The notes beneath the pieces were generated by a model. That model was not told the DNA's origin and searched no databases. It was given only the letters and a program-made list of their open reading frames with translations. From a virus (lineage: Duplodnaviria > Caudoviricetes): a stretch of DNA of 64,000 nucleotides. This document shows, piece after piece, positions 57,500 through 64,000 of the stretch. Location of the stretch: positions 64,001 to 128,000 of the IMG/VR virus record IMGVR_UViG_3300015360_000023; one strand, given 5' to 3'. The translations under genes were made by a program, and so were the position numbers. How positions within the stretch are numbered: the first letter of the stretch is position 1; each line of letters opens with the position of its first letter.

Positions 57500-58099
57500 A
57501 TGACCCAGAATTCTAAAGAATATAAAAAGGAATATTATCAGAAGAATAAGGCACGTTTACTTGCACGTCAAATTGAATACTATGTTCAAAACAAAGTAGA
57601 ACGTCTTGAATACGCCAACAATTATTACCAAAATAATCAACAGTCACTAATAGAAATTCAAAAAGAACGACAAAAGAATAATAGGGTTGAAGCGACAAAT
57701 TATCATAATCGATATGTAAAAAATCGTTCAGAAAAAGACCCTATTTTTAAGTTAAGAAAGAATATTTCTGCTGTTGTTTATCTGGCGCTCAAGAGCGTGG
57801 GCTCTTCTAAAAGGGGACAATCTGTTATGGAGCATCTACCATACTCTCTTCAAGAATTAAAGGAACATCTTGAAAAGAATTTTGAACCATGGATGAATTG
57901 GAAAAATCAAGGAATGTATAGCTGTCAAGTTTTCGATGAGAATGCTCCATCTACTTGGACATGGAACATAGACCATATTACTCCGCAATCAAAATTACCA
58001 TATCTTTCTATGATAGAAGAGAATTTTAAAAAATGTTGGGCATTGGATAACCTACGACCCTTACTATCAAAAACAAATCTTGAAAAAGGAAATAGATAA
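57500..58099 (+). CDS. HNH-type (homing-like) endonuclease
   Basis: Basic Tyr-rich N-terminal helix, then LKEHLEKNFEPWMNW, WNIDHITP, NLRPL...NLEKG. Appears AT-richer than its neighbours. Confidence 0.8.
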   Translation: MTQNSKEYKKEYYQKNKARLLARQIEYYVQNKVERLEYANNYYQNNQQSLIEIQKERQKNNRVEATNYHNRYVKNRSEKDPIFKLRKNISAVVYLALKSVGSSKRGQSVMEHLPYSLQELKEHLEKNFEPWMNWKNQGMYSCQVFDENAPSTWTWNIDHITPQSKLPYLSMIEENFKKCWALDNLRPLLSKTNLEKGNR

Positions 58100-58290
58100 T
58101 GCCCACATACACTTACAAATGTGAGGTGCACGGAGAATTTGAAGAAGTGCACTCGATAACGACTCAATTAGAAGAATGCCCCAAATGCAAAGAAGAAGGG
58201 AAGCCGATACAAAAGGTAACTCGACTCATCTCTGGAGGCGGAGGATTTATTCTAAGCGGTTCTGGTTGGGCACGCGACAATTATAGTTGA
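58099..58290 (+). CDS. FmdB-family zinc-ribbon protein
   Basis: MPTYTYKCEVH...CPKC...VTRLISGGGGFILSGSGWARDNY. Confidence 0.85.
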   Translation: MPTYTYKCEVHGEFEEVHSITTQLEECPKCKEEGKPIQKVTRLISGGGGFILSGSGWARDNYS

Positions 58291-58294
58291 AGCC

Positions 58295-58453
58295 ATGCCA
58301 AAAAAACCTAACAGCAACAATGATGAGAAGAATCAGAAACTTAAACAAGTGACTGAGATACTAAGATTCGTTCTCACTGTGGATGATGAAGAATTAGTCA
58401 AGTCAACCATAGAGTCAGTCATTGAACTTTTAGAAGATGAAATCAGTAAATGA
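58295..58453 (+). CDS. small hypothetical protein (52 aa, MPKKPNSN...)
   Basis: Read manually. Open frame filling the gap after the second FmdB gene. Confidence 0.55.
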   Translation: MPKKPNSNNDEKNQKLKQVTEILRFVLTVDDEELVKSTIESVIELLEDEISK

Positions 58454-58546
58454 ATTCAGTGTTTGCAGAGTCCTCTATTCATATTTCAATACGAGTATGA
58501 ATAATTCAGTATGTAGTTTACTTTAGACCCAAGAGAGAAGAACAGA

Positions 58547-59176
58547 ATGTTGACAGAACAAGAAGCTCAAGACCTCATGGCTAAATTGTGTGACCTTAGA
58601 GTGCAAGTAAAAGACTCTAATGAGCCCAAGTTAGTTAGTGAATTGAAGAAGCATGAAAAAGTTTGTATGGATAACTTCCGTTATCTAGTAACTATGAAAA
58701 CGGGTCGTTATAAGGCCTTCAGCAATTATGAAGACCTAAATCAAGAAGGGTTCGAGGCCTTAATTAAGGCAATGAATAACTACAACCCAAAGAAGGGTTC
58801 TTTCTTTTGGTGGGCACATAAGTATATTGACACTCGTATTTCGAGAAGCGCAAACTTACATACCACTATTAGATACCCATTGAAGGTCGCTAAGGCACAT
58901 ACTCCTCACAAGGAATCTGTTATGCCTTTGCAGATCGAAGAGCGCTATTGTCCTGATAAGGAGCTTGAAGAGTCTCAGGCTACTCAAGCAATTCATGGTG
59001 CTGTGTCTTTGCTTTCGCCAGAGCAAAAGGAAGTCATCAATCTAGCCTATGGATTTGATGGGGACAAACCAATGTCCATTAACAAGATATGCAAAAAGTT
59101 AAGCATATCACGATTGAGCTGTATCAAAACGATTAACAGCGCTCTTTCTATGATGAAAGACAATATCAAAGTCTAA
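58547..59176 (+). CDS. sigma70-family RNA polymerase sigma factor (regions 2 and 4)
   Basis: EDLNQEGFEALIKAMNNYNPKKGSFFWWA (region 2) and LSPEQKEVINLAYGFDGDKPMSINKICKKLSIS (region 4 HTH). Confidence 0.9.
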   Translation: MLTEQEAQDLMAKLCDLRVQVKDSNEPKLVSELKKHEKVCMDNFRYLVTMKTGRYKAFSNYEDLNQEGFEALIKAMNNYNPKKGSFFWWAHKYIDTRISRSANLHTTIRYPLKVAKAHTPHKESVMPLQIEERYCPDKELEESQATQAIHGAVSLLSPEQKEVINLAYGFDGDKPMSINKICKKLSISRLSCIKTINSALSMMKDNIKV

Positions 59177-59228
59177 TCAGTGGCCCTGATTATTAACAGT
59201 TTTATTAACTTAATTCTAAGGACGAATT

Positions 59229-61733
59229 ATGCAGGGATACACTTATTCTCAGGTTTTGGAAGCATCAGTAAAGTACTTTGAAGGCGATGAATTTGCAGCG
59301 AAGGTTTTCGTTGATAAGTATGCTTTACAAGACTCGAAAGGTGTATTCCTCGAATTAACTCCAACTGACATGCATCGTCGTTTGGCTAAGGAGTTTGCTC
59401 GCATTGAAGCAAAGTATCCTAATCCATTAGATGAGGAAACGATCTTTTCTTTGATCGATCGTTTCCAATTTATTGTTCCTCAAGGCAGCCCTATGTCTGC
59501 TATTGGCAATAAGTATCAAATGCAAAGTCTCTCCAATTGCTTTGTCATTCAAGGCGTGCATTCTGATAAGCTAGATTCCTATGGTGGAATCATGTTAGCC
59601 GATCAAGAGTTAGCCCAAATCATGAAGCGTCGTGGTGGCTGTGGCCTCGATATTTCCGGAATCCGACCTAAAGATGTACTTACAAATAATGCCGCCAGAA
59701 CTACTGACGGCATTGCTGTTTTCATGGAACGATTTAGTAATACCTGTCGTGAAGTAGCTCAGAATGGCCGCAGAGGTGCTGAGATGCAAACACTTGATGC
59801 TAATCATCCAGAGGTAGAAACCTTCATTAATATCAAACGTGACCTAAAGAAAGTTACTGGTGCCAATATCTCTCTTAAACTTAGTGATGAGTTTATGAGG
59901 GCAGTAAAGAAAGGCGAGGATTATGATCTTCGCTGGCCAGTTGATAAGTCTCCCGCCGAGGCCAAAGTTACTAAGAAGGTAAATGCTAAGAAGATTTGGG
60001 ATCAAATCATTGATTCTGCCCACTCTTCGGCTGAACCAGGACTTCTCTTTTGGGATACTGTTCAACGACATACTCCTTCTGATCTTTATGCTGCCTTTGG
60101 TCATAAATCAATTTCTACCAATCCATGCGGAGAGATTGTTCTCCCCGCATATGACGCTTGCCGTCTATTGGTTTTGAATCTCTCTTCTTATGTCAAAGAA
60201 CCATTCACTAAGAAGGCCTCATTTGATTTTAAGAAATTCTCCGAGCATGCCGTGATAGCTCAGAGGCTAATGGACGACATCATTGATTTAGAATTAGAAT
60301 GCATTGATAAAATCATGGCTAAGATTGAGTCTGATCCGGAGCCGCTTGAGGCTAAGCGGGTGGAGATCAATCTATGGACTAAGATCCGTGAAATGAACAT
60401 TAGCGGGCGTAGAACCGGCTTAGGCATTACTGCTTTGGGGGACACCCTAGCTATGCTTGGAATCAAATATGGTTCTAAAGAATCCATTACTAAGACCTAT
60501 AAAATCTATCGTGCGTTGGCTGTTGCTTCGCATACTTCTTCCTGCATCATGGCTAAAGAACGTGGCGCATTTCCTATTTTTGATTATAAGCTAGAGAAGG
60601 ATCACGAATACCTCAATAGTATTTTTGATGATTGTGAGCCTGAAGTAAAGCGGATGTGGAAGAAGCATGGTAGAAGAAACATTGCTAATACTACTACAGC
60701 TCCAGCAGGATCGGTGTCGGCTTTGACTCAAACTACATCTGGTATTGAACCAGTCTTCATGCTTTCTTACATACGTCGTAAGAAGCATAATCCATCTGAT
60801 AAGAGTGCTCGCGTAGACTTCGTTGACGCAATGGGCGATTCATGGCAAGAGTTTACTGTTTACCATCATGGCGTTAAGCGCTGGATGGACGTTACAGGCA
60901 ATTCAGATTTAAAGGACTCTCCTTATTGGGGAGCTACGTCTAGTGAGATCGATTGGGTAGCTTCAGTTGAAATTCAGGCTGTTGCCCAAAAATCTATTGA
61001 TCATAGCATTAGTAAAACTTGTAATTTGCCAGAGGATGCCACTAAAGAAATGGTTTCTCAAGTTTACATGAGGGCCTGGGAATCGGGCTGTAAAGGATTT
61101 ACCGTCTATCGTGACAAGTGCCGTGATGGTGTTTTGATTAGCTCCAGCGAAAAAAAGAAGGTGCCTGAAAATGGCCGCCCAATTGAGATTGGTTCGGTCA
61201 TGGCCCCTAAGCGCCCCATTGAATTACCTTGTGAAATTAAGAAGGCAAAAATCAAAGGTGAAGCTTGGACAATATTTGTTGGCATGTTTAATGATAAGCC
61301 ATACGAAGTATTCGGTGGGTTAGCCAAGTATGTTGAAATACCTAAAAAGTATGAAAAAGGTAGAATTGTTAAGAATGGTAAAGTAGATGGAATTACTACT
61401 TATAACTTAATTATAGGTGAGGGTGATGATGAAATGATGCTAAAAGATATTGCAAATGTTTTTGAGAATGCTAACTTTGGTGCATTTACTAGAACTATTT
61501 CTTTAGCTTTGCGTCATGGCACTCCAATTCAATATGTAGTGGAACAATTACAAAAAGATAAACATTCTGATGTCACTTCTTTCGCACAAGTAGTCTCTAG
61601 AGTATTAAAAAAATACATTAAAGATGGAACTAAATCTCCTTCAGAAAAGTGTAAATCTTGCCAAAGTGAAGGCTCATTAGCATATCAAGAGGGTTGTTTG
61701 CTGTGCAAGAATTGTGGTTGGAGCAAATGTTAA
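59229..61733 (+). CDS. nrdJ: class II (adenosylcobalamin-dependent) ribonucleotide reductase with C-terminal TSCPD/zinc-ribbon domain
   Basis: SNCFV, RRGGGCG, GRRGAEM, TNPCGEI, RRTGLG, TAPAGSVS, GCKGFTVYR, and terminal C..C...EGCLLCKNCGWSKC. Confidence 0.92.
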   Translation: MQGYTYSQVLEASVKYFEGDEFAAKVFVDKYALQDSKGVFLELTPTDMHRRLAKEFARIEAKYPNPLDEETIFSLIDRFQFIVPQGSPMSAIGNKYQMQSLSNCFVIQGVHSDKLDSYGGIMLADQELAQIMKRRGGCGLDISGIRPKDVLTNNAARTTDGIAVFMERFSNTCREVAQNGRRGAEMQTLDANHPEVETFINIKRDLKKVTGANISLKLSDEFMRAVKKGEDYDLRWPVDKSPAEAKVTKKVNAKKIWDQIIDSAHSSAEPGLLFWDTVQRHTPSDLYAAFGHKSISTNPCGEIVLPAYDACRLLVLNLSSYVKEPFTKKASFDFKKFSEHAVIAQRLMDDIIDLELECIDKIMAKIESDPEPLEAKRVEINLWTKIREMNISGRRTGLGITALGDTLAMLGIKYGSKESITKTYKIYRALAVASHTSSCIMAKERGAFPIFDYKLEKDHEYLNSIFDDCEPEVKRMWKKHGRRNIANTTTAPAGSVSALTQTTSGIEPVFMLSYIRRKKHNPSDKSARVDFVDAMGDSWQEFTVYHHGVKRWMDVTGNSDLKDSPYWGATSSEIDWVASVEIQAVAQKSIDHSISKTCNLPEDATKEMVSQVYMRAWESGCKGFTVYRDKCRDGVLISSSEKKKVPENGRPIEIGSVMAPKRPIELPCEIKKAKIKGEAWTIFVGMFNDKPYEVFGGLAKYVEIPKKYEKGRIVKNGKVDGITTYNLIIGEGDDEMMLKDIANVFENANFGAFTRTISLALRHGTPIQYVVEQLQKDKHSDVTSFAQVVSRVLKKYIKDGTKSPSEKCKSCQSEGSLAYQEGCLLCKNCGWSKC

Positions 61734-61761
61734 TTACTAATTAACCAGCATTGAATATGAG

Positions 61762-62136
61762 ATGAAAGGTACAATACTTCTCAATCATAACGAGAACACC
61801 AAAAAAGTAGAAGACGAGGAAAAAACTCGTTATCTACGTGGTCTTCTTGAGCAGATGGGTGTTCCTGTCCAGGAATTCTGGACATCGGACGGCCCTTTAT
61901 CTGTGGATCAAAAAATCAAATTGAGAGGTATCCTCGCTACTTACAACATCCAGGTTATAGACGACTTGGATGGTCACATGCAGGTGTATGTGGAAGGTGA
62001 AAAAGTAGCAGAGTGGTTTAAGTGTACTTACAAGTTGAAAAGAGATCTGCGAGAGATAGATCCAAGAAAACAACTCTACTTGGAGATGGAAGTGAACTGC
62101 TGGTCACTTTTTGAAGAATCGGAACAAGAACAATAA
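61762..62136 (+). CDS. hypothetical protein coupled to PIN-PhoH
   Basis: TAATG overlap with the next gene. Confidence 0.7.
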   Translation: MKGTILLNHNENTKKVEDEEKTRYLRGLLEQMGVPVQEFWTSDGPLSVDQKIKLRGILATYNIQVIDDLDGHMQVYVEGEKVAEWFKCTYKLKRDLREIDPRKQLYLEMEVNCWSLFEESEQEQ

Positions 62137-63470
62137 TGAGAAAAACATACGTTTTAGACACCTCTAGTTTGATTTATGATCCTAGCACGTGGAAGCATTT
62201 CCCAAATAGTGATGTTGTCATCCCTATTGCTGTATTAAATGAATTAGATAAGCTAAAGAAACAGGCAGGCGAAGCTGGTAGAAATGCCAGAGTTTGTATT
62301 AGATTACTAGATGCATTAAGTGATACATTAGATATTACTACGGGTATTACTGTAGAGCAAGATACTCTTGTAAAAATTGATGCAACATATCGTGATATGA
62401 ATGAGCTAGGCTATGCTGGCTTTGGTGATCCAGAATATGGTGACACCCAAATTCTAGCTTGCGCCTTTGCTACTTGGCAAGAACACCCAGAGCATGATGT
62501 TACTTTAGTAAGCAATGACATTAACTTGAGAGTCAAAGCCAAGTCTCGCGGTATTGATGCTGTATCTCACGATAGTACAGATCTATCTCTAAGCGATATG
62601 TATTCAGGAACTCAAGTTGTTGTTGATGAGGCCGCAGGTGAAGACCTGCTACAGTTTAATGAGATTAACCCTCAACTGTTTGGACTTAAACTAAACATGA
62701 ATGAATGCGTTCTATTTGAGAATGAATTCGGAGATGGTATTGCTATGGGCCGTAAGGTTGGCAACAATACCGTTAAACTAATTCGTAAGGTTTATCCATG
62801 GAACATTTCTAGTCGTAATAAGGAGCAAGCATTTGCTATGGATCTTATTATGGATAAGTCGGTTGACCTTGTTACCCTTATTGGTAAAGCTGGTACTGGT
62901 AAAAGCCTAATCGTATTAGCCTCTGCTCTTGAACTGGTAATCAGTAAAAAAGAATATGATAAGTTCATTATCTATCGTCCAATTCAACCAGTTGGTAATG
63001 ATATTGGTTTCCTTCCGGGAACAATGGAAGAGAAGCTAGCACCTTGGTTCCAGGCTATTATGGATAATTTTGAAATGCTTTTTGCATCCAAGATGACTCG
63101 TGGTAACCACAAGGACAGTGCTTATAACTGGAAGAAAGACCTTCAAATGTTAGTTGATAGAGGTCGTATTGAGATGGAAGCAATCACTTATATTCGTGGT
63201 AGAAGTATTCCAAATGCAATCATCCTTGTTGACGAGTGCCAGAACCTTACGAAAGAAGACGTAAAAACTATCCTAACTCGTGCCGGAGAAGGTACTAAAA
63301 TCATTTTAACAGGTGATATAGAGCAAATTGATAATTCATTACTTGACGCCACCGACAACGGATTGACGTATGTAATTGAAAAGTTTAAGGACTCAGAATT
63401 AGCAGGTCATATTACCTTTACCCAAGGTGAGCGTAGTAAACTTGCTTCTTTGGCAGCCGAAATTTTGTAA
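62136..63470 (+). CDS. PIN-domain/PhoH ATPase fusion (PhoH2/YlaK type)
   Basis: YVLDTS...ELDKLK...DTQIL...SNDINLRVKA (PIN), plus GKAGTGKS, YIRGRS, DECQN, GDIEQID (PhoH). Confidence 0.92.
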   Translation: MRKTYVLDTSSLIYDPSTWKHFPNSDVVIPIAVLNELDKLKKQAGEAGRNARVCIRLLDALSDTLDITTGITVEQDTLVKIDATYRDMNELGYAGFGDPEYGDTQILACAFATWQEHPEHDVTLVSNDINLRVKAKSRGIDAVSHDSTDLSLSDMYSGTQVVVDEAAGEDLLQFNEINPQLFGLKLNMNECVLFENEFGDGIAMGRKVGNNTVKLIRKVYPWNISSRNKEQAFAMDLIMDKSVDLVTLIGKAGTGKSLIVLASALELVISKKEYDKFIIYRPIQPVGNDIGFLPGTMEEKLAPWFQAIMDNFEMLFASKMTRGNHKDSAYNWKKDLQMLVDRGRIEMEAITYIRGRSIPNAIILVDECQNLTKEDVKTILTRAGEGTKIILTGDIEQIDNSLLDATDNGLTYVIEKFKDSELAGHITFTQGERSKLASLAAEIL

Positions 63471-63479
63471 GGAGTTTCT

Positions 63480-63782
63480 ATGAGTAAAGAGAAAGTTACC
63501 AAGTCAGCCTCAGATAACGTTGTTGAGGTAGCCCCTCCAGCAGCCGAAAATCCAAGGCTACATGAGGTTGATCGTTTAGCGCTTGAACTAGCTAAATCCA
63601 AAAGACAAACCGCATTAGCAGAAGCTAAGACGGCGCTAGCTAACAATGAAAATGCTGAGCTTGCATATAAGTATGTAGTTCTTCAACTATACATGAAGTA
63701 TGGTTTGAGTGAGCGTGATGCTATTAGCGAAGCAGGTGAAATCCTTAAGGATGGCGCTGTTCAGCAAGCCCCACAAGGGTAA
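63480..63782 (+). CDS. hypothetical coiled-coil protein
   Basis: AAGGAG SD; Ala/Glu-rich helix. Confidence 0.7.
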   Translation: MSKEKVTKSASDNVVEVAPPAAENPRLHEVDRLALELAKSKRQTALAEAKTALANNENAELAYKYVVLQLYMKYGLSERDAISEAGEILKDGAVQQAPQG

Positions 63783-63784
63783 GT

Positions 63785-64000
63785 ATGTCTGAGCCTAAAC
63801 AATACGTTTCTAAAGCAGATGGTGAAGCAGAAGTAGAGAAGGTATTTGAAGTATCTGATCGTCAAGAATTAGCTGACCTAATCTCCATTAGACAATACGT
63901 AGTTAATGCGGCGGCTAATCCTGCTATTGATAGAGCTACAGTGAACTACCTTAATGGTTCACTTATTATGCTTGATAGAAAGATTCTTGGTCTTCTACAA
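63785..64000 (+). CDS. hypothetical protein, 3' truncated
   Basis: ATG 63785 begins MSEPKQYVSK..., open to the window end. Confidence 0.6.
   Translation, partial: MSEPKQYVSKADGEAEVEKVFEVSDRQELADLISIRQYVVNAAANPAIDRATVNYLNGSLIMLDRKILGLLQ

Noticed and set aside
59175-59191. AATCAG/CTGATT hairpin after the sigma gene as a terminator
   Set aside because: Only 6 bp, AT-rich, with no adjacent U-tract.
59190-59209. TTATTAAC direct repeat upstream of nrdJ as possible NrdR boxes
   Set aside because: It does not match the 16-bp palindromic NrdR consensus, and an AT-rich 8-mer repeat can arise by chance.
55167-61733. Inteins or introns in DnaB and RNR
   Set aside because: Lengths and motif spacing are normal, with no splice-junction or LAGLIDADG motifs.
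912-63646. Minus-strand and short alternate-frame ORFs in the track (e.g. 912-1145, 6417-6617, 7570-7959, 23678-24244, 54804-55145)
   Set aside because: They lie entirely within well-supported + strand genes, have no recognisable motifs, and often mirror low-complexity repeats.

Overview
This window is a 64 kb, AT-rich, densely coding piece of a large (jumbo-type) contractile-tailed phage genome. Every credible gene is on the + strand, and the minus-strand ORFs in the track are antisense shadows. Positions 1-43.4 kb hold the tail module: fibre-like genes, a holin-like protein, a tail-completion gene, a 1011-aa sheath, the tube, a tail assembly chaperone with a -1 frameshift signal, the tape measure, tube initiator, hub, spike, a membrane/Ig protein, a gp25-like wedge, baseplate J, and two very large baseplate/fibre proteins with LamG and dockerin-like motifs. 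Positions 43.4-50.1 kb begin at a sigma70-type promoter and contain one GT4 and two GT2 glycosyltransferases, a dTDP-glucose 4,6-dehydratase, a zincless Fpg/Nei glycosylase and a membrane-anchored, beta-rich spanin candidate. Positions 50.1-64 kb contain a tubulin/FtsZ-family GTPase, an SF2 helicase, a DnaC-like loader, DnaB, two FmdB zinc ribbons flanking an HNH nuclease, a sigma factor, a class II ribonucleotide reductase and a PIN-PhoH protein. The most notable signals are: a dockerin-like EF-hand pair split by a module that recurs in the sheath and baseplate; several shuffled modules shared across tail proteins; the frameshift; a possible inverted single-component spanin; a glycan-synthesis cluster beside the tail genes; recurring intergenic motifs and hairpins; and no TAG stop codons. 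All functional calls come from motif recognition by eye; no searches were run. No tRNA, rRNA, CRISPR array, intein or reverse transcriptase was seen.
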